A stretch of 64,000 nucleotides of DNA, from assembly GCA_973895155.1 (NCBI GenBank), contig OZ316897.1, positions 21,551,455 through 21,615,454 on the forward strand. Direction: 5' to 3'. Origin of the DNA: Marsupella aquatica (Eukaryota > Plantae > Marchantiophyta). Below are positions 13,420 to 27,361 of this stretch, one piece after another (position 1 is the first letter of the stretch; every line of letters begins with the position of its first letter). The notes below the pieces were generated by a model. It searched no databases. It saw nothing but the letters and a program-made list of their open reading frames with translations, and was not told the origin of the DNA. The position numbers were made by a program, and so were the translations under genes.

Positions 13420-16364
13420 ACGAAAAATTCAGAAGCGAGCTCCCTACAACCCCATTTCGCAGTCTTGCCCACCCTCCTGGCGAATTTTGTTGGTGTTGAT
13501 GGCAGAGCTGGTCATTCCCTGAAAGCTACAGCAGCTTCCCGCGCTGTCGATCGAAGCACTAGTGGTATTTGACTCTTGCTGGTTGCCGTGTAAAACAGAC
13601 ACTACAGTACTGTCTACAGTAATTCTCTGCCACTAAAGTCAGTTGTCCGTGGCTTCTCAGTGTAGTGAAGTTTGCAAATGGATTGTGTTCGAGTTTTTGA
13701 AGCCCACTGAGCATTTACACAATGAAAGTGTTTTTCCCTTATGTTCTCCATTTGGAGGATTTCCCGAAAGGAGCCCAGCATACGAAGGAAAGGTACTAGT
13801 TGAGTAGAAAAATGGTTTTCAAATGGCCCGCCTGTTCATCCAAGCATCTAGTCAAACATGGTGGTCCATGGGAGCTTCAGTTTGGGGACGATTGTAGATA
13901 GTTTGTTTGCTGTGATTGTTGGAATTGTGTAGTCACCGCCGTGAGAACTAATTATATTCAGGGTTTCCTTAAATATATAACATGCCAAAGAACAAAAAGC
14001 ATAAAAGCATCAAACTGTGAAATTGGATCTGAAAGGCAAGAGACCCAATAAAGGGGGGAAAACCAAAGAAAAAAAACAACAAGAAAATGTGTCAAACAGC
14101 CCAAGAGTCCACTACAGTTGCAAAAGAACTAAAGCTTGGCAGAGCTCACAAGTAAATTCCACAGAAGGGTCATGAAGATGGAGGTCATGAAGATGTATCT
14201 GTCTAGAGTCCCTAAAACCAACACTCTGCCTACAAAAAATGACTGCACAAGCCCTTTGAAATGCCTCCCCTCGAAACACAAATAAAAAACAATAAAATAT
14301 AGGGTGAAGAGCTCCAAAACAATAAAATTAATCATTTGGGTAATAAGTAGCACATCCCTCCTCCTATGTTTAACATCAAGTAGATACTCTTTAACCCATG
14401 TAACACCTCTCTCATAGTTGACTGAGTTGCATCTCAAGTCAGGATCTTTTGTTGAATTACAAAACTTAAGTCTATGTTGCAGGACAGGTGCTAGGTAGAC
14501 CAAGTCTTTTTGGTGTGTCCAAATTCAATCAACTAGATCATTATTCTGTGGGGATGCTCTTGAAGCAAAGGAACTCATTAGAGCTTTATGTAGATGTTGC
14601 CAAGACCGCCTCATACCCTGGGTGGAGGCATTTGCTGCTCAATAACACTTTTGACCACATCACGCTCAATAAAACTTTTGTCAACATCAAATTACTTTGA
14701 GCAAGGGTGCCATGGGCCTCTATTGGAGAAGGCCAGAACCTTGCTGGTTGATCAGTTGAGTATGACTGTTAATGTCATGTTAAGACAAGTGGAACGTCAT
14801 CTTACAAATTTAATATCAGCAACAAGACTAGCACTTGACAATGTACAATGGAATGGTTTGATTCCTTTTTGGAACCACAGAGCACAACTACCATGTGGAC
14901 AAGCATCATGATAATTCCTTCTTCTTTTCAGTTCAGAACTTTATGTGGAGAATGGTCCTAAAATTGGATATGGAGTCATAGATCGGATTTAATATTTATA
15001 AAAATACTTAAAGTACATCACATATTTTCAAATATATACGAAAAACAGGTAAAGTTCAATCAGGAGGGGGGAAGGAATAAAGGAAATGACTGTAAATGAT
15101 TTTTTTTACTCGAGGGTCACAGGTATTTTGGGGTTACAATATGCCCAACAGAGATTTTGGACTACCCTACTCATGATAGATTTATTGGTATTTTGTATGT
15201 CTTCTTGTGCATATTGCACCCCCAAGAAGTAGTACATACCAATGTGAAAAGCAACCTTGCATAGGTTTAGCTATACTTCCAATTATTTGCATCCCTATCA
15301 TACCACCAAATATCATAGGCAGTGGTTGTCTGTGGCTCTTCAACAGGCCCAGGCTTTCACCTTACTTCGTAGGGCTGAGACAGTTGGTTTTAGGGTCTGG
15401 CTCCCGTCAGGTTCTGCTTTGGGACCTTCCTTTGCGATTTACTCCAGAGCTTTACCAGGATTTTCAGTTCTCCGCTCAGTAGGGTATTAGCTTTCATGAC
15501 TCCTTTCTAGGTTACTTTGTGTTGGTTCTTGGGTTATGGACCCCTTGTCATGTTTTTTCTTGGGGGCCTTTCCCCTCTTTTCCTCCCCTTTAGTGGGTTG
15601 CTTTGCCTTTGGGATCTTGTCTCCCCGTTTGGCATTTTTGCCCTTGGGCACTCTGTTATATATCATACCTTTCTTGTTTGGAACTCTGTTAATAGACCTC
15701 TAAGTGCAGTAGTTTTAAAATATGTTATGTTATCCACATGTACGAATGTTTAATTGTGGGTGTGATTGCTCATTTTATAATTATGATATGTTTTTGTAAG
15801 AAAGTGCGTCCTAATTTTGTATCCATCAAAGTTTGATTAGTTTGAAAGTTTTCCTTTTGCCTAATTTTAACCTTCTGAGTTAGAAAGTCCTTAGACGTAG
15901 TACATGCTTTCTCACCAACTTGTTAAGACTGATTCTTTAATGTGAAATGGGGATTAGAGCAAGCTCTGGTGGGGCCCATTGACTTTGACCAACTGGACGA
16001 CCTACAGCCTTCTTCTCAACATGGATAACCTAGGGAGTAATTAACTTAGGGTGCCTTTACAAGATATTGGGCCCATTGTGTTCATTTCCCAAAACTTTAG
16101 CTTAATCTATTAGCTAGGTATTCATAAATTCAACAAATATTTTATAATTTTGTGAATGTACTAGAGGAGTAGGTAAGGTAACCTTCCATAAGGTGATGGT
16201 GAATTGTTGGCCATTCTGAGATTTGTTTTCACAAATTGCAGATGTGGAAATTTCATTAGATATATTTTTCATTCTGTTAATAAGAAATATTTGCCTTGCT
16301 CGTGCAAAATTACAAATTATTTTAGGACTCGTCATCATCAAGATATGGGCCCCAACTACCATCC

Positions 16365-16948
16365 ATTTCTGTTGAAAAGCTATGGCCAAAAACCTTCCTC
16401 CATCCAATATGGAGGTCCATCCTGATTTCAATTTCTGTGAAAAAGCTATGGCCAAAAATCATCCTCCATCCAATATGGTGGTCCTGATTTCAATTTCTTT
16501 GAAAAAGCTATGGGAGCATTGTCTCCAATATGGTGGTCCATTCTGATTTCAATTACTTTGAAAAAGCTATGGGAGCAGTGTCTCCATATGGTGGTACATC
16601 CTGATTTCAATTTCTGTGAAAAAGCTATTGCCAAAAACCATCCTCCATCCATATGGTGATCCACCCTGATTTCAATTTCTTTGAAAAAACTATGGGAGCA
16701 GTGTCTCCATTATGGTGGTCCATCCTGATTTCAATTTCTTTGAAAAAGCTATGAGAGCAGTGTCTCCAATATGGTGGTCCATCCTGATTTCAATTTCTGT
16801 GAAAAAGCTATGGCCAAAATCCATCCTCCGTCCAATGTGGTGGTCCATCCTGATTTCCTTTATGTGAAAAAACTATGGGAGCAGCGTCTCCAATATGGTG
16901 GTCCATCCTGATTTCAATTTATGTGAAAAAGCTATGGCCAAAAACCAT
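16365..16948. repeat. Minisatellite: ~9 copies of a ~46-bp core separated by two spacer types (unit ~59-66 bp)
   Basis: Core AATATGGTGGTCCATCCTGATTTCAATTTCT(G/T)TGAAAAAGCTATGG; spacers CCAAAAACCATCCTCCATCC or GAGCAGTGTCTCC. Confidence 0.95.
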
Positions 16949-19900
16949 AGTCGAAGCTTTGAGACCCCCTACTACTCCTATGTGCTCAAATTGGAACTTT
17001 CGACAGAAGCTTCGACTCGCCCCCAACCCACTCCTGAACTGACAGGCGTGGACACTTTGGGGGCAGCAGCAGGAGGCCAATCCAATCACTGGCTCGCCTT
17101 TCTTTGACTTTCAGACCGACCGTCTCTCATCCTTTCGATGACACCAATGCGAAAATCAGCGGAGAGATTTCACAAGTACACCATAGAATCCCGATTTCCT
17201 GCACAGAATTGGGTTGTCATTGATGAGTACAGGACAGTATTGAGTACTGACTGACCTTGAAAGCGAAAGTGCCAGAGAACGAGAAGGAAGCTGGAAACAG
17301 GGATTTGCAATTTTGCATAGAATGAGCTCGTTGTAGAATAAAAAGTCCGGGAGGAAACCAGATCCGCCCACCAAGAAACGGAAAGCGAGCCCGCAGATAC
17401 ATGAACCCACATCGTCGAGGGGCGGCCAACCTGAGGTGGGTGGGACCTAAAAGGGGAGAAACCCCCGTGAAATTAGGGTGACCAGACCAAGCGAGACATG
17501 CTTTGGCGGACATACTTGAGATCCCGGCAGGAAAATTATGCCTTCGAGTAAAGTCAGACTCCGCTAAAGCTAACCACTATGGAAGTAGACAGACGGAGGG
17601 GCAATCGGGATCTCCAGTCTGTTGTCAACTTCTGTGGACATTACGTTGTTCTGTCAGAAGCCATAGCCATACTACACTGAGGATACCCTGTCTAATGCTG
17701 CGGCCACTCTAATCTAAAGGTGATTTCTCCCACGATACCAGGTTTTACTTTTGGTTTCGATAAGCCAGAGGTGTGATGATTTACGTCAGTATTCTGAGTT
17801 TCAGAGGCTTTAACAGTTTGGGGATTCCTTCCAAGGCTTCGGCTGTAAGTATTGTTGTAGTTTAGGGTTTTCATCTCAGGCCTTCCGAAGCGATGGTGGC
17901 CAGAGCACGGTGATGGGGAGTAGGTGTTCCAAGGAGGGAAGGGCCAGGGGGGCCCACGAGAGTCGCCGATTGATGAGAGAAAAGTAGTGGAACGGTCAGT
18001 CATTGCCGCGCTTTTTGATTGAAGTATTGGAGGAGTGGAACGAATAATAAATAAAGCGAAAGAAGTTCGAAATTGGAGGTCTGAGTTTAGTATTGAAGTC
18101 ACTGTACATGTACTGCTTGTCAGGATCACGCTGGTAGGTTACCGGGCAAACCAAACCAGATAACCATCTCCCATTTGCATTGCCAAGGACCCTTTCCCGA
18201 TTTGGCGCTTTTGTTCTTGGCAGCGTTAAATGTAACTTTCGTAGAGAACAGAGCTTGATTAGCCAGAGAGGGGGGAGGTTGACCAAAATTTACCCAGCCC
18301 AGAGGATGACGACACTGGGAACTCTATCAAGTGGTGTGACTTGATCCTGATGAAACCAAAGAATCCCTCATCCGACTCCAGCCCACATGGTATCGATAAG
18401 CCAGTCAGGGATTAAATATTGCGCACTGCATGAACCTAAGTGATGATATCATCATGGAGTACAACATCCCCTGTAGCTAAGCTCCAAAACTACACTGTAG
18501 CTGATTGGGTTTCGCTTCCAAAGGATACCGTCCCCAGTGAAATTTTAACTCCAGTGAGACCAGCGTCTGATATTAACATTATAGTATCGAGGTGAAGAGG
18601 AGATCAAACACACAATGAACCAACATCAAAACATAATCATGCGCCGGTCATGCTGTAATGGTTCTTGAGCCAAAAGGTAAAATATTTGCTCTCATTCAAT
18701 GGAATTTCCCAAGATGCAGTATCCTCTTCATTCACACGGCTTTGATGACGATTATACTCCTGAGTTCCCAATCGACAGGATAAGAGATTCAACAGAAGTC
18801 AGGATGTCGAAGGAAGAACTGTAAACATCGACGGTTCTTGCAGCCATCTCGCGGCCAGTAATTAATGTGAAGACATGACACACCAGTGGTGTAGACTGCA
18901 GATCTCCGTAGGCTGTCCCCACCAAGGCAGGCCCTCTGCACTGTGCAGCAAAAGGAAAGGTTTCAACCAGAAAGAAGATCACGAACAAGCTGGGCCACGA
19001 ACTATGCCCGGAAAGTGCGTGGATACGGAATAAGTGAATTTTAAGTATGGTGAAGATACCTGGTTGGCAGAGGTGGCGCCCACGCCGTCGTGTAGCACAC
19101 TTGTACATGCAAAGATGGCCAGGAACATCCTAAATATACGGATAGAAATGGAAGGAATTTACTGGATAGCATCAGAGGAAGCGGCACGACCATATCGAAG
19201 TCTCCGCATCATTCCCACAAGGAAAATGCCCATTAACCATTGGCCGCAAAAGCAGGCGCACATTAGATCGAGTAAAGCATGTCAGGGGCTTCGTCAGAAT
19301 CTAGAGAGTTCCACCTGGATCCACAGACCTGACTATCCTATCTGGGCAGACACTCACACACCCTCTGACATCGGCCAGCTTTAGAACGTAGCGAGGACTC
19401 TGAGGAACCGATATCGGACAAGGAGAACATGGAAGGCCTTCCGCGTGAAGTTCGCTTAGAAGGATAATGTAGGAATGGCCTGGGTTTCGTCAACCACAAC
19501 TCAAAACTTGGAACTAAATGTACCAGCACTGCAATGCAACGAACTTCAAGTTTATGCAATCGTCTACCGAATTCGGATTGCATCCAACCTTCGTTCGACA
19601 TTCCAGGATTGTGATGAAATTGGATCCTCGCCGAAATATCGCCGGGAATCTACAGAAAAACAACTTCGAAGACAGAATTTCAACTTCAACCACAGAAGGT
19701 GTTGTTCGTGGAGATACCCATACTGCATCGTGAGGTCTATGGATGTCGGAAAATGCTGATCAAACTGTCAGACTTCCCACTTTTTGCCAAGGTGTGCAAT
19801 GTACTGTACCTCAGTCCGCTTAGCCAACTGTCCGAGTGTGTAACAAGGTACATAGTTGCAACTGCAAGAGGGGCTATAGGGGAGAGCGTTCCAGTGTTTT

Positions 19901-21099
19901 ATCTAGGAGACTCGATGCACCGACGAGACTTGCGGGGACGCATACGCAAATCAAACTTCATTTCGGAGAATGACCTCTGCTCTTTGAAAGGAAAAACAAG
20001 CATTTCAAAAAGTAACTATTGAATTGAGATTCTCCCATGAATAAGTCAGGACCGAGTAAACAACCGGGGACAAGATATGTATATTCGTGTCATTCAGGAT
20101 CAGTACATGCCATGGTGGCTTAAACAAAAAGCCACAATTGAAGACCAGAGAGTCGAGTCTAGCGCGCAGATACGATGATTACTCCGTCACCCCATAAGAA
20201 CGGGCAGCATGCAGCAGAAACCAGTGCATTGCCCGACAGAGACTCAAAAGCATGAGGGTGAGATTTATACAAACAACTCTCGTGTTCAACACAAAGAGCA
20301 ACACAACTCTAGACGAACAACCCTATAAGAGGCCATCTACCGGACCCATTTGTGCCTAGATTGTCCATCTTTCCTGGAGAGCAAAGATTCACTGCACCTC
20401 TAGCAATAACAAGTAGAATAGGTGTTTAAGACTGGATGTTGCCGAGCGAGTTACTAGTGGAACTGTAAAATTTTCGAAACTTGGTCTGTCTGTCTCCCTT
20501 TGGAAAGTAGTCTTCCGTTAAACCGACCCACACATGCCAGAATGATGTGCAAATACCAGGATCTGGAGATGAGATTTAACACAACAAGGACGTCGCGAAT
20601 CTCTTTCAGGTCCTGGAACCACTCCCACACCAATGCCTGTCTACCATCCGGTAAAGATAAGCTGCCGCTTATCATTAAACGCCATGATATGCTCCACTTT
20701 TCTTGTTTAAAACCGTCAGCAGCAGAGGTAGAGTAAGTCTTGGTGGTACACATTAGAGAAAACACTGGAGGAAGATGTTCCGGTGAATGAGAAGCAAATG
20801 ACGGTGAGGGGAGCCAGCCGATGACCCGTCTGACTCCACACACATAGCTAAAAGGTGTCTTGTTGGCCAGTTTCTCGGCGGCACCTCTTCACAATATCGT
20901 TGGTCGGGGGAGGATGATGAAAACGTTCTCTTAGGTCTGTCTGCTGTTGCCTTCTTCAATGCTTGGTGGTAAGGATCGATCCTGCTATTTGATTGCTTGC
21001 CGCCTCTTATACACCGTCCATCTGCGGGCGATTAGTCCATCCAGGGAAATAAAATCCTTCACCCATTCCCCGAAATCCTCGTCTCCTCAGTCTGAACGG

Positions 21100-21985
21100 T
21101 TATTCATCTACGACGTTGACGAGTTCGTATTCCACCAACGAGAGGTTGTTATCTTCCTTCACCACGAAACTGGCAGGCTCCGTCACCTCAACCCTCCCCC
21201 ATTTATCCACAGCCAACCGCATCGAACCCTTGAACATGTCGATTTTGGCGTTGCGCAATATCACCGTAACCCCTTCCGCCATTAAATCCACTGAAATACA
21301 AAAGAACAGAACACAACCGTCAGCGATGAGTCGTTCAACCCTTCAGTGCAGACAAGAGGACCAATCTCATGAAGCAATCCAGGGAATTCTATACGACCAG
21401 GATACGAAGAAATGCCTCTGTGAACCGAAGTTCAGCGCCCAGGTAACCTCTTTTTTTGAGGTAAAACTAATACGGAATCCCTATTCACAATTTTAGCCGA
21501 TCTCTCTCAGGAACACACTAACCTAATCGTCGAAACCAACCGCAGGTAAGGACGTCGGCCAAGATCCAGGGCCGATCAGGTGAGAATCTTGGTGCACGAT
21601 CGACTACCCTAAAGATAGCATAGAACGGACCAGCGAAACCCATGTAAATCCTCAATCGAGACACGCAATAGCAGCACACCACGCATGCGGGGAAGACATG
21701 TCCAATCCCTCTCTACCGGAAAGTTTCAGGTTCAGAAGGATGCGAATGGAAACTAGACATACCTTGTTCGTTTCTGGCCGTGAACACAATGACACCGGTA
21801 TCGTCTCCGACAATACATTCGGCAATACGGACGTGACGAACTTGGTTTCCATCAGGGCGCGCCTTCTGGAGCACGAGCTTCGAACTGACCACTTTCACAG
21901 ATAGAGTGTGCCCCGCTGTGCCGGGCCGGAGCTGATCAACCTTGATGAACACCGGCTTCCTAAGGGCAGAATTCGGGGCTGCCAT
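21100..21985 (-). CDS. Small OB-fold nucleic-acid-binding protein (At4g28440-like, SSB/SOSS-B-related), 2 exons
   Basis: Exon 21985-21763 (LRKPVFIKVDQLRPGT.GHTL..RIAECIVGDDTGVIVFTARNEQ) and exon 21290-21100 (VDLM..VILRNAKIDMFKGSMRLAVDKWGRVE..NNLSLVEYELV), the conserved plant family signature. Confidence 0.95.
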
Positions 21986-22290
21986 CTCTCGTCCTCCTCC
22001 CTGTCTCTCCTATCCCACTTTGGCTCAACTTCCTCGTTTAGGTCTCCGGATTAACCGAACGGCCCAAACCCCAGCAAACAATCTACACCTCGATACACAA
22101 TGCGCAAAAACCCTGAGCGAACGATCCACACCTCAATCGATCACTCTCTCTCCTCTCCGATCTTCAAATCTCCAAATCCGCCCACAATTCCAAATCTCGT
22201 CTCGTGTCCTTTCTAAGAAAATCAGACACTCTTCCGTCTCTCCTCCCCGTAATCCAGTAGTGAATCCACTCACTGCCGATCCTCTCGAGC

Positions 22291-22291
22291 A

Positions 22292-22324
<33 letters not shown>
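22291..22324. repeat. (CT)n/(GA)n microsatellite in the 5' region of the OB-fold gene
   Basis: Visible CT run. Confidence 0.85.
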
Positions 22325-24589
22325 CGCGTAATTCCTCCGCCTCGATGGCCGCAGCAGGAGACAAGGAAGAAGACGAAGGGCAGAGCGGCAGAAATGGTGG
22401 AGATGGTGGAATTGGTTCGGCCCTCTACTAGACTTTGCTCTGGCGGCGATGGAGCCTAGTCTCGTCGTTCTCCTCCTCCTCCTCCTTTACGGGTCTCGAC
22501 CTTTCCCTATATGCGCCAAAGCCCTCGCTGGCTGCTCCTCGCTTGCGCCCCCGAGCCCCGACCGCCCGCCCCCATACGCAGTCCCGTACCGTACCTACAG
22601 TACAGTACCTGCTCCATGTTGGGTTAGCCTGTTAAAGTGACCAACGATGCAAATCTGGCTGCTGGCCCAGCGGTTCAGCCAACAAAGCCGGTCACTAAAC
22701 TTCTCCGACCTGCCGCCAGCTTAATTAGCTGAACCTGCGTGCCGTAGCTGCGAAGACTCCTCCCGTCGAACTGAAGGGAGCAATTATCAGCCCACATTAG
22801 CAGTAATGGAGAGAGCGAGAGGGTTCTAGCGTTAATTAATGACGCGAGATCGTGTTGGCGGTTATTCTGTTTTCGAGATTTGTTTGGTTTTTTTTCCCCT
22901 AGCACCCCCTATCATTCTTTCGGATGTTCTCATGCTGTTTGCTTTTCACACATCATTCAATCAAGTGTGCTTCTGTTTTGTTTTCCAAATAGAGCTCATT
23001 GCGCTGTTTAAAGGGATTTTGATCGTCAATTTGATTGGTCGGGTTCTTTCATCTCCTGAATGTTTGTTATAAAGCCCCATGGATTTCTAAGGCTACGGTG
23101 GACTGAGGGGTTTACACATCCAAAGGTGCCCAGATAGCACTATTTCCAGTTTTGACTGAATTGTGGCTAATAAACAGGCTCCGTATCTTTCGCAGCTGGT
23201 TTTCATTAGGTTAAGTTGGTAAGTCATGCTCATGCAAAAACCAAGCAGGGAGTCCTTCACCAAAGTGAAACATCCTTCCCCAAACTGGTAAGTCAGTGCT
23301 CCTCCCAAAACTACATAGAGCGTTCTTCACAACAGTGAAGCGTCCGTTGGCAGTCAGTGTATAATATTTAGCCATTTTTACACTCGTAGGAAATGGAGCT
23401 AATGATTTCAGAAGTATTTGAAACTTTGTCTTATAATAGATTGGACATCAGAGAACATCCTGGAAATGTTTGAGCTTAAATAGAGATCCAAAAGTTGTCC
23501 CAAATAAATTGAATAAGTATGCAAAAAAAATTACATTTTACAACTAATTGGGACACCTGGAAAAATTACTCAAGGTGAAACATCCCAAAGAGAGCCGGAC
23601 ATTGTGGATTTTGGGTGTAAAGTGAAATAGCATGTATCACAGTCCAAAGAGATAGGAAAAACAAACTTACCCCTTGGTCCATCTTGACCTAACTTTCTTG
23701 ATCTCCTTCTTTTTTAAAGATATTGATTTTTCTAATTAAAACAATATATGGAAGTTGAGCCTAGATGGATGGAGCCTCCAAACCTTTAACCAGCATTGAC
23801 ACTAACATCTTCATACACCCTTCCCATAAATTCCCAAAAATACCTGACAGAAAAAATTGACCTTCATTATCACTCTCAATATTTAACCGAATCAAGTGCA
23901 TTTGGGCTCACTAGAAATGGCTTTAAAAGATCTTTTCAAAGAGTCTAAAATGCTGACCACCTTCTTCGGTAGGAGGGAGTCTAAATGGCCTAGTGGATCA
24001 TGTATTGTAGAACACATAATTATCCAGTCTGAAATTAGGAGCCAAATTGTGATAAAAACTTAAAGATTTGATGGCACTAGTTGTCTTGCAAACTTGAAAA
24101 TGATGTGAGCTTCCAGCCCATAGACTGGCCCCGTCAACCATGCAATCCCCATGAACCGTGACACCTTTGACACCCTTTTGATTTCCTAAATGTTGGAAAA
24201 TCAAAGTTTGACCTTCAATATCTTCCTTTAATCTTATTGAATATGATAGGCTCTACTTGGGCTCATTAGAAGACACTTGGAAGATCTTGTCAACCAATCT
24301 AATACAAACTCTCTACTTTTGTGATGGCTCATATTTGGTTGCCCATAACACACTATGCACGGCTACTGACAATAATGCGGGCATCCACAAGGGTTATCCA
24401 CAACAACTGCCCACAAGATTTCCTGTGGGGTTGTCACCATATCTTTTTTTTCTACTTGCCTAGATCCAGAATCGTAAAGAGCAATGGAAAGATCTTGTCA
24501 ATGCCACTACAATCTATGTAAAGGACTCTAGAAACAGATGTGAATTAAGAATTTATGTTTCAATTACTTTGGCGTTTAGTGTATAGACA

Positions 24590-24960
24590 GAATTACTGGG
24601 TTCAGCTTTGGCTTTGTCTAATCTTGGCCATGGCTTAGTTTAGGGCCACGGCTTAGCTTAGGTGAGTTTGGCCAGGGCTTAGCTTAGATCAGCTCGGCCC
24701 CCGCTTAACTTAGATCAGCTCGGCCTCAAATTGGATTGACCTTGGAATCAGGTTATTACCTTGGGTTTGGGTTCCCCTCAACCCGAGGTTGGATTAGCCG
24801 CAACTTGGTCTCGAGTTAGCATAGGTCACCATGGGTTCGGGCTTAGCTTAGGTTAGCATCATGTTAGCTTAGCAAGTAGTGGATTAGCTTGAGGCCATAG
24901 ATTAGATAGGATAGTTGGGTTAGCCAAATTTGCGTTAGCTATGTCATTTTGGTTAGCTCA
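24590..24960. repeat. Degenerate TTAGC/GCTTAG-rich low-complexity repeat, probably TE-internal
   Basis: Many GCTTAGCTTAG(G/A)T-like motifs, e.g. GGCTTAGCTTAGGTGAG, GCTTAGCTTAGATCAGCTCGGCC and GGCTTAGCTTAGGTTAGC. Confidence 0.6.
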
Positions 24961-27361
24961 ACAATTTGTACCCCTCTCGGTTTTGGGGTCATAATTTTCT
25001 CTATATTTGACCAAATTGGCTATAATTGAGCTTGTTGGAAAGAGGAGCTTGAGAAAATATTTTTAAAAAATTTGATTGGTCCAATTCAAATTTTCTCACG
25101 AAACATTGAATCTTTTTGTCTCAGTTTGTTGTGAGACGTAGATCTCATTGAGATATACGTTTTGAGCCATAGGTTGGATCGGATGGCATAGGATAGGCAC
25201 ATATATAAAATAAAATCCAATGGCTTAGGAGAGGCGGAGCTGCACTTCCAGAGGATCGGGCCACACATGAGGGAAATTATGAGTAACCCGAAGTCTCTTG
25301 TAGTAGTACTTGTGGTTTAAGCACGACCGTCTTATCCCTTACACCGAAGGGGATTCTGCTAATGGTTGGACTTCTGTTCTAACCCGCATGACCTTTGTCT
25401 AGCACGACTGACTAGGGAAATTTTTGCTAATTGCCATAGTGAAGAAGACTGCAAACGGCGTAGATTTGGGGAGCTATCGGTGTACATGAGGTCACCGGTC
25501 CACCTCCGGAGTGAAGGTGTTTGAGGTGATTAAGTGGGATCGGGCTAATACGTGCATACCTCAAGAGACTTTATGATTTAGCTCAAGATTCAGGGATAAC
25601 CTACTACATTTGGGTGGATTTGGTTGCGTCGAGGACTTCTCTTCTTGGTGGTCTGGGGCTTCCCTCTGGACAAGTTGTGACGGGGCCAATGGCCCCAAAG
25701 AATGATTTTAAGGGGTAGTAGTGACACACACATGTAAATAAATAGATTTGTGTCAAGATTTTTTTGATATTGTTCTCTTACAACCTCGCCGAAGATAGTT
25801 TACGCGCATTATAGATAAGGTGGGTGTTCATGTTTTTTATGTTCGCTTAATTTTAGTTGTCGGCCAAGCCTCAAGAGTAAGGGGGTTTTCCACTGGCTGG
25901 TACAAGATAAGGCATGTACCCTAATGCCCTTCCATGTAAGCGTCGGGGAATTTCCTATCTTTTTATTTAATTTTAAGTGGCCCTAGTATCAGCATAATGG
26001 GGGCCGGGTCAAAAGGCGTGAGTGGCCAAGCGCCACTTTTGGGACCGGCCAGCAAAAGTTAGGGAAGGAAAAAAATAAGAGCAACCCTGCCAAGGAGCGA
26101 CCCGGCCAGCAGCGAGCGACCCGAGTCGGCAGCAAGGCGGCCTGGGTGGTAGGGACCCAGCCAAGGAGGAACGGAGCCGGCCTGGGAGTGCCAAGGCCCG
26201 AAGAGCAAGTCGAGGGGGTTAAAAGCCCCAAAACCCTGGGCGCATAGGGTGCCGGGCCCCAAAGAGCAAGTATGGGGGGTCGGCCATAAAAGCGCCCATA
26301 GGGCCGTGAGCCGGGGGGAAGGAGGAGCGAGTAATGGGGGAGGGGAGTAAATTCCCCGACCCTGGGGAGGCAGGTACCAGGCATTGGAGGGGAGGCGCGA
26401 ATGAAGGCCCGACTTCTTGGGACAGGCAGGTACGAGGGGGATGGGGATTAAAATCCCCCAAACTTTGAGGATAGGGGGCAGTTAATGTCCCTGGATCCCA
26501 GGGAGATCCCCAATACTGAAGAGGCAGGTACGAAAGGAGGGGAGCGAGAGGGAGTAGGGAGGAGCCATAAAGACTCCCCAAGCCTGGAGGCTCCCCGCAC
26601 CTGGGGGAGGCCTCGGCCACAGGGGACCGCACCGAGAGGAGGCAAGTAGGTGGGGAGGGGCTAATAAAAGCCCCCGTATCCTGGCGGATTCCCAAAACCT
26701 AGGGGGAGGCCTCGGCCATTAGGAGCAAGGCATTGGGGGGAGGAGCGGCCTACTTCAATCGCTCACTTCTAACTCCCTTTCTCATTTTTGCTCCTCACTC
26801 ATTGCCGAACCTCCTTTCCTCAAATTTTTTGCACTCCTCATGTACACATTGTCGAAACTCATTTCCTCATTTTTGCTCCTCATAAACCTTCCCCTTTGTG
26901 CTAAGATTTGCCTCTATTTTCTTTGGGTGATCTTGAGAGTGATCGTGAATTGAGCTGGAGTGGGGATTGACAAAGGCAGGTTGGAGAGGGAACCTAATTG
27001 ATTTTATTGTGGCTGGTTACGGTGGCCGCTTGAGGCTAAGCTCTGGGAATTGAGAAACGGGAGTTTGGTCACCAATTGTGCTCTTGAGTGGGAGTGGAGT
27101 GGATGAGACCTCAAGACAGACCTGAGTTCACTAACACTCGCATTAGGAGATACAAGGCCTGCAACCTACCCGGGATTACATCACCTTGTAGCTAGCCAGA
27201 GACAAAGAAGAGAAATTGGCAACCAGGCCACAATGACGGGGACCAGTGAAGCACCCATGTCATGAAGGACTCAACAACGTTCATACCCCAAGACATTGGC
27301 CAAGCTTCTTGACGATAGCCATGAATTGTTTGAATCCACCGGGATTATTGATTTAATGTGA

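Noticed and set aside
16365-16948. CRISPR array
   Set aside because: Only two recurring spacer sequences, degenerate repeats, no cas genes, eukaryotic context.
17500-19400. Possible degenerate LINE ORF1 or gene fragment
   Set aside because: Only vague resemblance; no RT, endonuclease or zinc-knuckle motif could be read.
22762-22785. miR319-like sequence (ACTGAAGGGAGC)
   Set aside because: Only ~12 nt match and no fold-back partner seen.
25989-26695. Pro/Gly-rich ORFs on the minus strand
   Set aside because: Explained by high GC and low stop frequency; overlapping in several frames.
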